Part shown: piece by piece, positions 41,501 through 52,239 of the stretch
How the letters are laid out: the number at the start of each line of letters is the position of its first letter
Numbering within the stretch: position 1 is the stretch's first letter
From: Candidatus Kapaibacterium sp.
Lineage (GTDB): Bacteria; Bacteroidota; Ignavibacteria; Kapaibacteriales; UBA2268
Assembly (NCBI GenBank): GCA_963678775.2
Contig: CAXXGR010000004.1
Location: 136,747-200,746, forward strand
DNA: 64,000 nucleotides
Direction of reading: 5' to 3'
The notes under the pieces: generated by a model
The model's database searches: none
What the model was told of the DNA's origin: nothing
The model's input: only the letters and a program-made list of their open reading frames with translations
Position numbers and translations under genes: made by a program

Positions 41501-44187
41501 GCTTCAAATAACAAGCCTGTACCCATAGAAGCAATACCATAACCAAAACCACTAATTTCATTATTAGCAATAACGTTATTGTCTGCTGTCAATGTATCCA
41601 AGTTAAAGAAGTTTGAGTTTGTTTTGTCATACAAAGGAGCTACTGATCTCAATACAACTGCTGCGGTGTAGTATGCAGTGTTGCTTCTTTGGTCTGCTTC
41701 TTGAGTAAATGCTCCCAAACCTGCATTATATACAGTTAAAGGCAGAGAAGAAGACAAGTTAGGGGTATCATCAGTAATGATACAGTTTTTGATTTGGCAA
41801 TTAGAAGCACCAGAACCTAAATAAAATACTGAGGCAAATTTATCATTTTTGGTCTCTAAGTTAAATTTGAAAGATTTTTGGCTACCACCATCAAAAATAA
41901 TATAACCACCAGAATTTGCAAATCTGTTTTTCTTGCTGTCTGTAACCACATGTACGGCAGCATTTGTATTACGTGGAGAGAAGTTCTGAGCAATATAGAT
42001 ACCAATACCATTAGCTGATTTCAAATTGAAATTGATACTAGCTTTAGATGTAGAAAGAGCATCAGAAGGTTTGAAAGTAATCGTGTTTGCATCGCTAACA
42101 CCAATAATTCTTGAAGACATATCCAATGCAGGACCTTCTAAGTTCACACTGCCAATTTCGTAACTTGGATCTAATAATTCAAAAGTTACCGGTCCATCTA
42201 CACCTTTTAAATATAGCATGTCCAAAGCAGATTTAATTGATGTAAAGTTTCTTGTTCCGGTGCCATTTGCACTAATTGTATAAGTACCGGACATCAATGT
42301 TTCTACATTAAAAGTAGATTCTACTGTATTATTTGTCAGGTCTTTATCGTTAGGACTATTAATACTAACAACGCATTTATAAGTACCCGGCAATTCAGGA
42401 ATAAATTCACTAATAAATGGAACTGAAGTCACATTATAATTACCTGCCTGTAAATCCTGTATATTCATTTCGTCTTGGTACACTACATTTGTAGACGGCA
42501 ATGGACCAACGATAGTAAATACTGCAGGTATGTTAGACAAATCTACGATACCATTATTAATAAATTTAGCTCTTGGGATTAAAGGTCTTCCTACAAATAC
42601 GTTTGCATTTGGTGCTTCCACAGATACGGCACCCGGTTCTACATCATATACAATATCAAAATAATGTCTGCCGGAAGCAGCTGTACCAATATTATTATTG
42701 ATAGGCATATCATCATCATCACTAAGCAATTCTGAAGTATACACAACGTAGTATTGCCCCACATGAGCTGCCGGAGTCATAGTTCTGAAGCTAGGAAAAT
42801 CAACTGAAACAAAATCACCTGTGTGAAGTGGTCTTGCTGCATTCTGCCAATCGTAAACTTCAGGGCCATAAACTATATTATCATTGTTAGCATCATATAT
42901 AGTAGCTGTTACACTAAAACTAGAGATATCTGCAGTACCATAGTTTCTCATTCTTACTTGAAGAGGAACAATATTATTGATCAAATATCTGCCATCTTTT
43001 CTAGGATATTTTACATCGCTTACAGCAAGGTCGTTTTCCAATGCGATTTGAACATTTTTAGTGATCACCTGAGCCGGTTTATCACTTCCTACTGTAATAA
43101 GCTTACATATTAATTCATATCTACCGGGTACGATAGTTGCACCATCTGTAATCAAATCAAAACTACCATCATTGATATCCGAATCAGGATTAGCTCTATC
43201 ATAAGCAGCAGCTTTGCCAATTGCATGAGTGATTGCAAGAGTTTCTTTTATGCCTACCGGTTGAGGATTAGGAGTGAAAGTCCCTGTAGTTGCATCGCCT
43301 TCATTAGTAGCAGTATAAATTACTTCACCTGTTTGAGTATTGGTTAATGTGTACTCAATAGTAAAATCAGGCATATCAGCTAAACGCAAAACTTCTATAG
43401 AAGGAGCAGGATACGTTTCACCTATTTTCCAAAGCACATCATTTTCTGTAGATTCAGAAAGTAGTATAGGTGTTGTCAATCCAAATTCAATTGTTTTACC
43501 TATTGGAAAAAGAGAAGCATCATCTTGAGTCAAGAATTTAGTAGTTACATCTCTTCGGGCAATAAATTCAGATGCAGTAGGTTCCAAATTTATGTATCTC
43601 AATTTATCATTACCAGTGATAAAGCAAATTGAATTATTAGAACCACCCTCATCGAGAGCTGTCATATTACCATATACAAATTTTATTACATTGCTTCCTT
43701 CTTCAAGGTGTAACTGAAAAGATAAACTATTTGTCCATCCATCCGAATTCCCCCAATATCTAACAGTCTTCCATTCTGCTACGAATGTTCGATTTGGTGA
43801 AGTACCAATAACATCCCAACGAACATCACCGGTTCCCTCATCAGAATCAAAATCTTCACACATTGGAGCCAGCGTGTTACTATAGTTGATAGTATACGAA
43901 TACCCTGTCAATGTAGCAGCTTCAGTTGCTGAAAACAGCTGAGTATTGCCATTTGAAGTAATTCTGATTTTATCGAACACAGAACCATCATGTTCAAAAG
44001 AAAATGGTAAATCTACATCCCATTTTTCTGAATCACCAGGTCCTAATACAGTACCTGCAATCGGAGTATAATCTCCATTATAAGTAGTTATCTGCAAGTC
44101 GTTCAAATCCACCGCCATTGCTTTGGGTGAACTTAAAAGGACAACGAGTAACACTAACAATGCACTTAACACATTGAACTTTTTCAT
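38566..44187 (-). CDS. Giant T9SS-secreted surface protein B, paralog of A
   Basis: Collinear with A over almost the full length (IFDGGSQKSFKFNL, RVKSNP.PLNSVLNNRG, AGQRYDIGALEF, MTANVTPRYKI, YAYRLKMIDRDGKFEYS). Confidence 0.8.
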   Translation of the reverse strand: MKKFNVLSALLVLLVVLLSSPKAMAVDLNDLQITTYNGDYTPIAGTVLGPGDSEKWDVDLPFSFEHDGSVFDKIRITSNGNTQLFSATEAATLTGYSYTINYSNTLAPMCEDFDSDEGTGDVRWDVIGTSPNRTFVAEWKTVRYWGNSDGWTNSLSFQLHLEEGSNVIKFVYGNMTALDEGGSNNSICFITGNDKLRYINLEPTASEFIARRDVTTKFLTQDDASLFPIGKTIEFGLTTPILLSESTENDVLWKIGETYPAPSIEVLRLADMPDFTIEYTLTNTQTGEVIYTATNEGDATTGTFTPNPQPVGIKETLAITHAIGKAAAYDRANPDSDINDGSFDLITDGATIVPGRYELICKLITVGSDKPAQVITKNVQIALENDLAVSDVKYPRKDGRYLINNIVPLQVRMRNYGTADISSFSVTATIYDANNDNIVYGPEVYDWQNAARPLHTGDFVSVDFPSFRTMTPAAHVGQYYVVYTSELLSDDDDMPINNNIGTAASGRHYFDIVYDVEPGAVSVEAPNANVFVGRPLIPRAKFINNGIVDLSNIPAVFTIVGPLPSTNVVYQDEMNIQDLQAGNYNVTSVPFISEFIPELPGTYKCVVSINSPNDKDLTNNTVESTFNVETLMSGTYTISANGTGTRNFTSIKSALDMLYLKGVDGPVTFELLDPSYEIGSVNLEGPALDMSSRIIGVSDANTITFKPSDALSTSKASINFNLKSANGIGIYIAQNFSPRNTNAAVHVVTDSKKNRFANSGGYIIFDGGSQKSFKFNLETKNDKFASVFYLGSGASNCQIKNCIITDDTPNLSSSLPLTVYNAGLGAFTQEADQRSNTAYYTAAVVLRSVAPLYDKTNSNFFNLDTLTADNNVIANNEISGFGYGIASMGTGLLFEAGRVNKNTMFYNANNVYESNSISNVGHAGVFVGFEEGSEIRHNRIYDVQGTLVASACGIVAGGEADRDMFGYNTVGLKILGNEISNLTNANEIYGIKVDQSPSIVIENNAFSLYPKADDNVLIANNSIWQLNAQETYTTRVGVAVFSQRATKGNFQTSSMQAFQPDYVVRNTNVVNNTIVVNGDDGVVNSGSVIGLALQDNRNAVIKNNAIAVMDNEFSESCLASAALYLQNGDVKNQNVVSDRNVFWTNNSASTIARMVETDEANAILNMGHTTEYNTLNNWMVWSGQDMNSVESNFMTAYEFVGAAPQSLRVKSNPLPLNSVLNNRGDRVELNTTDLLGNARGEAGQRYDIGALEFNGRSYVSDVESTTILEPAAFKANDGTEFGDAEYIMTSLPLSVKVRVRNNGSLMQQGTKANLSIYRELPNGDFAVAPEYVETVSFDVTTNESTDVVFDLNGKFEPKTYSDLRLNSSYAASVPSKFVNMTANVTPRYKIEVSVENDEDNYNNIVSKNVRYFIRRSWLRLLVTSENVNADLNNNPTQDVIASALNHSKLIEGLNLLGWDVEIDPTATDIENDRFDYDVLDRNSWEPRAIEYSPYNSVIWSDANDTKTVEGSEVANTLTRFQEMDLNDYIAAGTISVKKNLIFASQELLRNEETGFSQKVFAAYNRPVATPDIIDYSNVSGMSIGRNLVHFITATNFTGDAAPQPALMTMTQDIEGVAKLGFYYTNVTSGNANLPESEKIHTVGTVSPKANRILLGSDWRHFADIEKVLRSLFDFAESNGGTIIPVELVNFDANVVDNKVVLNWATASELNSDRFEIERTTANNGFDGLFGRIESVNAAGKSGKVLDYNAVDYNVSFGNTYAYRLKMIDRDGKFEYSNTEYVILEGANSLTIKGVTPNPVVTDANVSVSVYESANVEMYLVDMSGKVVANVFTGNLSAGSHIIKLNAADIASGNYTLVLNSNNIVRTITVKIVK

Positions 44188-44723
44188 GTAGCCTCAAATT
44201 TAAATATTAAACAACAATATATATTACAAATCTTATATACAGGCTATTTATAGATAGTCCCATAGTAAAATTAGCTATTTTTTCTAATTTATAGCATTAA
44301 ATTTTCTATATTTAATCTACTTTTTTAATTTATTATATTAGTTGTATTTATAGTTTCTACAAAATATTTACTAAATCTTGAACATGCTTAATCACTCCTA
44401 TTTCTTCTATTTTCAGGCTTTTCTCACTTCGACACTATCTGTATGTTGTGACTTTAGTCACTCCAATAACATATTTTTTTTAGATTTGTATCACCTCTAT
44501 ATTTATTTTTTATGTTTTTACATCATTACTATTCTATTTTACATTGTCGCATTTTATATCTATATCATATCATATATTTTTATGTTTTTAGATAATTAAT
44601 TACATTCTTGGTCATTGTTATATGTTCGGATAACGGTACTATTTCAAAATATATTCTTTCCTTTGATTATTCCTCCTAACTAACTATCTTTATATTTTTA
44701 GTACCGGACTTTAGCGTAACCAA

Positions 44724-45758
44724 ATGGAAAATATTAATAGATCGGATTTCACAAATCCTCACAAGCTTTCTGAAGAAGAATTAGACAGATCACTCAGGCC
44801 GCAGACTTTCTCTGATTTCACCGGCCAAAAGAAAATAGTAGATAATCTTTCTGTGTTTATTGCTGCGGCTCTGCAGCGTGGCGAATCCTTAGACCATGTT
44901 TTACTTACAGGTCCTCCCGGCTTAGGTAAAACAACGCTTAGCCATATAATAGCAAAAGAAATGAAATGCAATATTAAAACTACTTCCGGCCCGGTATTAG
45001 AAAAGCCCGGGGATTTGGCGGGACTATTGACTAATCTGGAAGAAGGTGATGTCCTGTTTATTGATGAAATACACAGACTCTCCCCTATTGTCGAAGAATT
45101 TCTATACTCAGCTATGGAAGACTTCAGATTAGATATTATGATTGATTCCGGCCCCTCAGCCCGCACTATCCAGTTATCCATTCCTAACTTTACTCTAATT
45201 GGCGCTACCACAAGAGCAGGGCTTCTTACAGCTCCTCTACGTTCCCGCTTTGGTATAATTAATAGATTGGATTACTATTCTAATCAAGAACTTATGCTGG
45301 TGGTACTTAGGTCTGCGCAGCTACTAGGTGTTTCTATCAATGAGGAAGGGGCTTTGGAACTTGCGTCCAGATCTCGTGGTACTCCTCGTATCGCAAATAG
45401 GCTTTTACGAAGAACCAGAGATTTTGCCCAAATAAAAGGTGATGGAACAATCTCAAAAGAAATTTCGCAAATCTCGCTGGCAGCCTTGGATGTAGATGAA
45501 TATGGTCTCGACGATATGGATAAACGAATTCTGCTTTCCATTATTCAAAAGTATGATGGTGGTCCGGTTGGTGTAAGTACTATTGCAGTTGCTGTAGGAG
45601 AAGAGGCTGGAACTATTGAGGAAGTTTACGAGCCATTTTTAATCCAGCAGGGTTTTCTGAAACGTACCCAGCGTGGACGAGTTGCCACTGAGCAAGCATA
45701 TAAACATTTTAATATAGAATACAATACAAAAGAGAATAATCAGAACTCTCTATTTTAA
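44724..45758 (+). CDS. ruvB: Holliday junction branch-migration helicase RuvB
   Basis: [45 protein letters not shown]. Confidence 0.97.
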   Translation: MENINRSDFTNPHKLSEEELDRSLRPQTFSDFTGQKKIVDNLSVFIAAALQRGESLDHVLLTGPPGLGKTTLSHIIAKEMKCNIKTTSGPVLEKPGDLAGLLTNLEEGDVLFIDEIHRLSPIVEEFLYSAMEDFRLDIMIDSGPSARTIQLSIPNFTLIGATTRAGLLTAPLRSRFGIINRLDYYSNQELMLVVLRSAQLLGVSINEEGALELASRSRGTPRIANRLLRRTRDFAQIKGDGTISKEISQISLAALDVDEYGLDDMDKRILLSIIQKYDGGPVGVSTIAVAVGEEAGTIEEVYEPFLIQQGFLKRTQRGRVATEQAYKHFNIEYNTKENNQNSLF

Positions 45759-45767
45759 GGTCAACCT

Positions 45768-46088
45768 ATGATTAAAAACATATTCGACTCAATCCCCAAA
45801 AACTCAAAAACAGAAGTCTTTGAGGAGATACTCAATCATAAAAACGTAAAAATAGAACGTATTGTATCGTCGGGACAAACTACGCCCGAAAATGAGGCTT
45901 ATTTGCAGAATCAAGCAGAGTGGGTTATTGTTTTAGAAGGCAAAGCAGACATTCTATTTTGCGATGATAACATCACACATAATTTAAAAAAAGGAGATTT
46001 CCTCTTTATACCTGAGCAATGCAAGCATAGAGTTATTTATACAGATACTTCATGCGAAACTGTATGGCTCGCAATTCATATAAGTTAG
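45768..46088 (+). CDS. Cupin-domain protein
   Basis: IERIVSSGQ, EWVIVLEG, GDFLFIP..KHRV. Confidence 0.85.
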   Translation: MIKNIFDSIPKNSKTEVFEEILNHKNVKIERIVSSGQTTPENEAYLQNQAEWVIVLEGKADILFCDDNITHNLKKGDFLFIPEQCKHRVIYTDTSCETVWLAIHIS

Positions 46089-46096
46089 GGCTAACG

Positions 46097-47326
46097 CTAC
46101 TTATATTTAATAGCTTGCAATGGGGTGATTTTCAGAGCAATAGCTGCAGGAATTAGAGTTGAAATCAGACCAAGAAGCATAGAAATCACAAAAACTACCA
46201 AATAATATTCAGGAATAACTACTACCGGCATAGCGTCGATAAAATATATTTCTCCGTCTAACTTAATCAAAGAATAGTTTTGCTGTAAAAGTGAAAACAC
46301 AAAAGAAATAAATAAACCTAAACTCGTCCCAATAAAGCTAACTTTGACTCCTTGCAGTATGAATATACCTAATATCTTCTTCGCAGGCATACCCAAAGCT
46401 CTTAATATGCCGATATTTTTTGTCTTTTCTACAACTGTAATAAGAAGCATAGTAATAATATTAAGGACTGCCACTATAGAAATCAAGCCTAATACCAAAG
46501 GAATAGGTTCCTTTTGCAAATCAATCCATGCAAATAGCGAACGGTGAATTTGCTGAACTGACAAACAATAAAAAGGATAGCCCATTTGTTTCTCTAAAAT
46601 TAGAGCTTTAATTGGAGCCTGCTTCACATCTTTAATAGCAACATCAAACCCAGTACATTCTCCAGTAGCAAATCCGGAAAGTTTTTGTAGCATTTGAAAA
46701 GGCACGTATACCATATTCCTGTCATACTGGGTCATACCTGTCTGATAGATACCGCTTACTGTCATCTTCCGAATCTTAGAGTCAGGCATGGATTTATTGC
46801 TTTTGGTCAGTATCACATACATGACTATTTTATCGCCTATCTCCACACCCAATACATCGGCTAAGTCTTTACCGATTATTACTTCATTAGCCGAATTGGA
46901 AGAGAATTTCGCATCACCATCACTTATAAACTCTTTAAAATCTGTTATATCCTGCGAAAAATCGAACCCATTAATTACTATACCTTCCAGATTTTTGCCT
47001 GCTCTGACAAGTCCCTCTTTTTGCAAAGTAGGTTTCGCTTTCAGCACAAAATCAAAGTCATTTTTCAATCTTGTGACTATTTCATTTTTATTACTATAAG
47101 GCTCGTCAGAAAAAGATTTGATATGAATATGCGAAGTAAAGCGGTAAGCACTATCCCTTAGCTTTAAGTCAAAACCCTCTAAAATAGAAAGTGAAATAAT
47201 TAAAGCAATGCACCCAATCATTACACTCATTAGAGCTACCATTCTGGTAAACCCAAAGAAAAACTTACGTTTCTCAGGTTTGGAAAATCTATCAGAGAGA
47301 AAATTTATATAATTTTTATCTTTCAC
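46097..47326 (-). CDS. LolC/E-family ABC permease
   Basis: MacB/FtsX architecture; EKTKNIGILRALG; IYFIDAMPV. Confidence 0.85.
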   Translation of the reverse strand: MKDKNYINFLSDRFSKPEKRKFFFGFTRMVALMSVMIGCIALIISLSILEGFDLKLRDSAYRFTSHIHIKSFSDEPYSNKNEIVTRLKNDFDFVLKAKPTLQKEGLVRAGKNLEGIVINGFDFSQDITDFKEFISDGDAKFSSNSANEVIIGKDLADVLGVEIGDKIVMYVILTKSNKSMPDSKIRKMTVSGIYQTGMTQYDRNMVYVPFQMLQKLSGFATGECTGFDVAIKDVKQAPIKALILEKQMGYPFYCLSVQQIHRSLFAWIDLQKEPIPLVLGLISIVAVLNIITMLLITVVEKTKNIGILRALGMPAKKILGIFILQGVKVSFIGTSLGLFISFVFSLLQQNYSLIKLDGEIYFIDAMPVVVIPEYYLVVFVISMLLGLISTLIPAAIALKITPLQAIKYK

Positions 47327-47359
47327 AACATCTCAAGTTATTTTGTCTCCAAAAATAAC

Positions 47360-47396
47360 AAAAAAAAGAGGATATATTTATATAAACATACCCTCT
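47360..47396 (-). terminator. Probable terminator of the hybrid kinase gene
   Basis: A8-GAGGATAT...ATACCCTC imperfect stem. Confidence 0.5.
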
Positions 47397-47419
47397 GTAC
47401 AAATTTATAGCACGTCTTA

Positions 47420-48538
47420 TTATTCTTCTGAAGCTTGACACGGAATAGTCAAAGATATTTTAGTCCACTTACCTTCTTCACTGGTAATAGTAAAATCACC
47501 ACCATGGACTTCAACTAACTTTTTGGCAATAACAAGACCAAGACCAACGCCTTGCTGCTCATATATTTTTCTTTCAAATTGCCTATAGGCAGCAATATTA
47601 TCAATCTCTTCTTTTTTCATGCCCCGACCGTTATCAATTATTTCAAAATTGATATAGTCTTCCTCAAGAAAAGCATTTAATGACACCTTAGTTCCGTAAT
47701 TCGAAAACTTAAACGCATTATCTATTAGCTCATCAAGTATCTTATGAAAACTTTCTGATGCAATTTTGCCTTGCACTCCGCTTGCATTTGCATTTAGAAC
47801 TAAATCATCTTTCCTTTTATATCTGTTAGCAACATAATCAGCTATGTCAAAAGCAACAGCTACGGGTTCGTCTAATCTTTCATTTAAAAGAGATTTTTTT
47901 CTTGATGGATTATTTACAATCACACCCACTTTTACATAAATCAAAAAGTTTTCTGTTATCCGATTTAGTCTTTCAGATGATTTTATAATATCATCAGTAA
48001 ACTCCATAAGCTCTTCTAATTTGATAGAGCCCTTTTGAGATTCTTCCTTTATAAATCTAGCAGTACCAATTACTTGATTTAACACAGTTCTAAATTCATG
48101 AGGCAAAGAATATGTAATACTTTCTTCTACTTTCGTAATCTCTTCGTCTATTTTATCACGCAATTTGTCGTGTTTTTTCCATTGCGCATCTATAGCAGCA
48201 ATTAGCTCATCTCTCGTGTAAGGCTTAACCAAAAAATCGTCAGCCCCTTTTTCCATACCAATTCGCATATTAGGCTTTTCAGTAAAAGCTGTTAGGAAAA
48301 TAAATGGAGTAGTTACAGTTAAGGAATCTGCTCGAATTGTATCAAGCACTCCATAACCATCCAAACCAGGCATAGAGATATCGCATAATATCAAATCTGG
48401 CTTACATTCTTTAGCTTTTTCGACACCTTCGATTCCATCTGAAGCTGTATATACATCATACCCTTCGAAGTTTAATAAAGTAGATGTACTTTCCAGAATA
48501 AAATCTGCATCATCAATTACAAGGATTTTCTTTGACAT
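47420..48538 (-). CDS. Response regulator receiver-histidine kinase hybrid
   Basis: ILVIDD, CDISMP, KP receiver motifs; PHEFRT H-box; NAFKFS, DNGRGM, GVGLGL. Confidence 0.9.
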   Translation of the reverse strand: MSKKILVIDDADFILESTSTLLNFEGYDVYTASDGIEGVEKAKECKPDLILCDISMPGLDGYGVLDTIRADSLTVTTPFIFLTAFTEKPNMRIGMEKGADDFLVKPYTRDELIAAIDAQWKKHDKLRDKIDEEITKVEESITYSLPHEFRTVLNQVIGTARFIKEESQKGSIKLEELMEFTDDIIKSSERLNRITENFLIYVKVGVIVNNPSRKKSLLNERLDEPVAVAFDIADYVANRYKRKDDLVLNANASGVQGKIASESFHKILDELIDNAFKFSNYGTKVSLNAFLEEDYINFEIIDNGRGMKKEEIDNIAAYRQFERKIYEQQGVGLGLVIAKKLVEVHGGDFTITSEEGKWTKISLTIPCQASEE

Positions 48539-48830
48539 TTCGATTTCTTACATGATTTTGTTAAGTATAAAACACGAGGCTACATAATATAATATATTTA
48601 TATGACTATTGTGCATTTCTATATTATTCAGAGACTATTTGACTAAGAGATAAGTGTATATTATCTCTAATTTAATAAATCAATCAAATTTTGTTCCAAT
48701 TTTGAATTATCCTCTATTCCTATGGACAACTCGTCAAATAATCCACAATATATTAACACATCAAATAATATATTGTTTTAAGTCCTAATTTTTGTTTTCT
48801 TGCATCCCATAATAATGCAAAGGTAAAAAA

Positions 48831-50270
48831 ATGCAAATAGATACTTACAATAAACCTACTGTCCGTAATCAAAATTATACTCCAATCGAAGGCAGAGTGC
48901 CGCCTAATGCTATCGAAGCCGAAAAGGCTTTGATTGGTGGTCTGATGCTCGACAGGCAAGCCATAGCAAAAGCTATGGAAGTTGTGGACGAAGATAGCTT
49001 TTACCAGGAAAAGCACAGACTTATCTTTGCTACAATTATTGATATGTTTGACAAAGCTATAACGGTAGATATTGTTACTTTATCTGATGAACTCAGAGCA
49101 AGAAAAGTTTTAGAAAAAATTGGAGGTCCTGCTTATCTTGCCGAGCTAAATAATTCCGTGCCTACTGCTGCAAACGTAGAGTTTCATGCCCGTATAGTTC
49201 AGGAAAAATATCTAAAACGATTTCTTATTAAAACTCTTGGAGAGCTTGAGACCCAGGTTTATGATGAATCTATAGACGCATTTGACTGTATTGATTTGGC
49301 TGAAGCGGCTATTTTTCGTATCGGCGAAAAACGTGTAAATAATTCTTTTTTTTCCATGAAGCAAATGGCTAAAGAAGCTTATGATGTCATTTCACACCTT
49401 AGAGAGAGAGATAAAAGCTCTTTGCCGGGCGTTCCCTCCGGTATTGATTTGCTTGACAGAATGCTGGGTGGTTTCCAAAATTCAGATTTAATTATTCTAG
49501 CCGGCAGACCTTCTATGGGCAAAACCGCTTTTGCCTTGTCAGTAGTTAGAAATATGGCAGTTGATTACAAAAAGCCTGTCGCTTTTTTCTCTATAGAGAT
49601 GGCAAACATTCAACTTGTTATGCGTTTGCTATCATCTGAGTCGGGAATAGATCAATCAAAAATTAGAAACGGATATATAAACGAAGAGCAAAATCAGAAA
49701 ATAATCAAAGGATTAGGTACACTCGCTGACGCTCCTCTATTTATAGATGATAGCCCTATGGTTACTATCACTGAACTCAAAGCAAAATGTCGCAGATTAA
49801 AAGCTGAGCACAATATCTCTATGGTGGTTGTCGATTACCTTCAGCTAGTACACGCTCCTAAATCAGAATCAAGGGAACGTGAAATTTCAATAATCTCCTC
49901 TTCTCTTAAGCAAATTGCAAAAGAATTGAATATTCCGGTAATGGCTCTTGCACAGCTTAACCGTTCAGTCGAATCCAGAACAGATAAAAAACCAATGCTT
50001 TCGGATTTGAGGGAATCGGGTTCTATCGAGCAAGATGCTGACGTAGTGATGTTTGTGAACAGACCTGAAAGATATGGGCAACTAACTTACGAAGACGGCA
50101 CTCCAACTGAGAACACAGGCGAAATAATCATCGCAAAACACAGGAATGGTGAAGTTGGAACAGTAAGAACTGCCTTCATTAAAGAATACGCTCGCTTTGC
50201 GAATTTAGCTCTCGAATATGAAGAACGCTTTATCCCGCAAGACCAACAAAATGATGACCCCGGTTTTTAA
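48831..50270 (+). CDS. dnaB: Replicative DNA helicase DnaB (no intein)
   Basis: PPNAIEAE, AGRPSMGKT, VDYLQL, LAQLNR, LRESGSIEQDAD. Confidence 0.97.
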   Translation: MQIDTYNKPTVRNQNYTPIEGRVPPNAIEAEKALIGGLMLDRQAIAKAMEVVDEDSFYQEKHRLIFATIIDMFDKAITVDIVTLSDELRARKVLEKIGGPAYLAELNNSVPTAANVEFHARIVQEKYLKRFLIKTLGELETQVYDESIDAFDCIDLAEAAIFRIGEKRVNNSFFSMKQMAKEAYDVISHLRERDKSSLPGVPSGIDLLDRMLGGFQNSDLIILAGRPSMGKTAFALSVVRNMAVDYKKPVAFFSIEMANIQLVMRLLSSESGIDQSKIRNGYINEEQNQKIIKGLGTLADAPLFIDDSPMVTITELKAKCRRLKAEHNISMVVVDYLQLVHAPKSESREREISIISSSLKQIAKELNIPVMALAQLNRSVESRTDKKPMLSDLRESGSIEQDADVVMFVNRPERYGQLTYEDGTPTENTGEIIIAKHRNGEVGTVRTAFIKEYARFANLALEYEERFIPQDQQNDDPGF

Positions 50271-50291
50271 AAATAGTGATAATGTTGTGTA

Positions 50292-50326
50292 TTTGAGTTT
50301 GTAGATTTATTTTCTGCAAACTCAAA
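50292..50326. terminator. Hairpin between convergent dnaB and TPR genes
   Basis: TTTGAGTTTGTAGA...TCTGCAAACTCAAA. Confidence 0.65.
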
Positions 50327-50339
50327 ACTCCATTCTTAT

Positions 50340-50939
50340 CTACTCCACTACATTACAATCTGCCAATTTCAAATATATCGAATTTGGATATTCCTTTTTG
50401 AGACGAGAAAACATTTCCTCTGCTTTATCTTTGGAATCAGTTATGCAATAAACCTGACCAAGTCGGACTAAGATTTTCTCATAGATGGCGTCAGGTGTTT
50501 TACTGTCTTCTAAAAGCATTTCAAGTATGTTTTTTGCTGAGCCGAGTTCATTATTCAAAATATTGCATTCACTTTTGTAAAACATTGTTTCAAAATAGAG
50601 CGAATCGTTTTTACGTAACATCCCTGAAAATGCGTCGAATTTGCTACAAGCTGTCTTGTAGTTTTCTTTATCAAAATCACGAACTGCATCACTAAAAAAA
50701 TCATTTAAGCTACGACTTTGAGTACCGTTTTGTGCTATAGGCATAATGACCACAGCAGTGTCCAAAAATCGTGTATCTGCAAAGTTACTTTCTGTCTCGA
50801 TATTATCTTCCTGACGAGATAATGTTTCTTTTTCTGCTTTTTTCTGCGTATCATCATAATAATGTCTGGAACGTACCGGTGAGCAAGAAGCAAAAAAGCC
50901 AAATAGTAATATGATAGAAAATATATATATTGCTCTCAT
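50340..50939 (-). CDS. TPR lipoprotein (CpoB/YbgF-like C-terminus)
   Basis: Likely start MRAIYIF; lipobox FAS-C; LVRLGQVY...LKKEYPNS. Confidence 0.7.
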   Translation of the reverse strand: MRAIYIFSIILLFGFFASCSPVRSRHYYDDTQKKAEKETLSRQEDNIETESNFADTRFLDTAVVIMPIAQNGTQSRSLNDFFSDAVRDFDKENYKTACSKFDAFSGMLRKNDSLYFETMFYKSECNILNNELGSAKNILEMLLEDSKTPDAIYEKILVRLGQVYCITDSKDKAEEMFSRLKKEYPNSIYLKLADCNVVE

Positions 50940-51015
50940 TAGCGTACCCATAATAAATATTCGTATCTCGATATACGAGATCAAGCAATTTTGAAGCCAA
51001 ATTGGAGATTTTAAC

Positions 51016-52116
51016 ATGAAATTCTCTTTACAATCAATCGACACTCCGGCTCTTCTTATAGATTCGGTAAAAATGCATGAAAATTTAGACTTTGTACAAG
51101 AATTAGCTAAAAATAAAATTGTCAATCTACGACCTCACTTCAAAACTCATAAATCAATAGAGTTTGCGAAACTTCAAATTAGCAAAGGAGCTGTGGGCAT
51201 TGCCTGTGCAAAAACAGAGGAAGCGCTTTGCTTAGCTCAAGCTGGCATTAAAGATATTCAAATAGCTAACGTTATCACCGGCAAGCAAAAATACCAACGC
51301 ATCGTCGAAATCCATAAACTTGTGGACAAACTAACCTTCGGGGTAGACTCTTTAGAGCATATAGAAGAAGCAGATGCTGTTGCTAAAGCTAACGACATAT
51401 TCTTGGATGTACTTATAGAAGTTGACACGGGACTACACAGAAATGGTATTGCTACCAAAGAGCAAATCATTTTACTTGCTAAAGCAATATTAGATACTAA
51501 CAATTTGAATCTAGAAGGTATCTACACTCACGCCGGTAGCGTTTATGCTGCTCATAATACAGACGAAATTGTGGATATAAGCAAAGAATCTGTCAGGCTA
51601 ATGAGCCATTTAGTTAAATCACTCAAAGCGGAAGGTTTTAAATGCCCAACTGCTAGCATAGGTTCAACTCCTGAACTTCGCCACTTTCGCAAAACAGAGC
51701 ATATGTCTGAGCTTCGCCCCGGAAATTATATTTTCTATGACAATATGCAAGTAAGCTTGGGTTCTTGCACAGAGGACGAACCTGCACTCTACGTTGTAGC
51801 ATCAGTAATCGGCGTGCATAAAGACAGAGTAGTCTTAGATGCAGGCTCAAAAGCACTGGGCTTAGACAAAGGAGCTCACGGAAACAACAATATCCAAGGC
51901 TATGGTAAAATAATCGGCAAAGAGTCTCAAATTTCAAGAGTGTCCGAAGAGCATGGCATAATTGACGAACCTGCGGATGAATTCGCTATCGGAGATAAAT
52001 TATTGATTATTCCAAATCATGCCTGTGCAGTAGTAAATCTATTTGACTATTATTTGCTTTTGGAAGATGAAGAAGTAAGAGAAGTAAAAATAGATGCCAG
52101 AGGAAAAAGCAAGTGA
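51016..52116 (+). CDS. Fold-type III PLP enzyme (D-threonine aldolase/D-serine dehydratase, DSD1 family)
   Basis: DTPALLID, RPHFKTHK, ELRPGNY, DAGSKAL, SEEHG, IPNHAC. Confidence 0.9.
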   Translation: MKFSLQSIDTPALLIDSVKMHENLDFVQELAKNKIVNLRPHFKTHKSIEFAKLQISKGAVGIACAKTEEALCLAQAGIKDIQIANVITGKQKYQRIVEIHKLVDKLTFGVDSLEHIEEADAVAKANDIFLDVLIEVDTGLHRNGIATKEQIILLAKAILDTNNLNLEGIYTHAGSVYAAHNTDEIVDISKESVRLMSHLVKSLKAEGFKCPTASIGSTPELRHFRKTEHMSELRPGNYIFYDNMQVSLGSCTEDEPALYVVASVIGVHKDRVVLDAGSKALGLDKGAHGNNNIQGYGKIIGKESQISRVSEEHGIIDEPADEFAIGDKLLIIPNHACAVVNLFDYYLLLEDEEVREVKIDARGKSK

Positions 52117-52239
52117 GCTAAAGATTTTAAAATGATATACTCTATCAGAAATCAAAGATGCAAGCGTTAGACATCAATATTTCTTTTCTGATTACTATAA
52201 TTCCCAGAACAATATAGATTCTTTTATTTGATACATTGC

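Noticed and set aside
37900-44720. ncRNA/riboswitch or small ORF (44378..44599) in the AT-rich intergenic regions 37900-38500 and 44190-44720
   Set aside because: No recognisable conserved structure; low-complexity AT-rich sequence typical of promoter regions.
48640-48770. Possible DnaA boxes or oriC upstream of dnaB
   Set aside because: Only degenerate matches (e.g. TAATCCACA) in very AT-rich DNA; no perfect TTATCCACA cluster.
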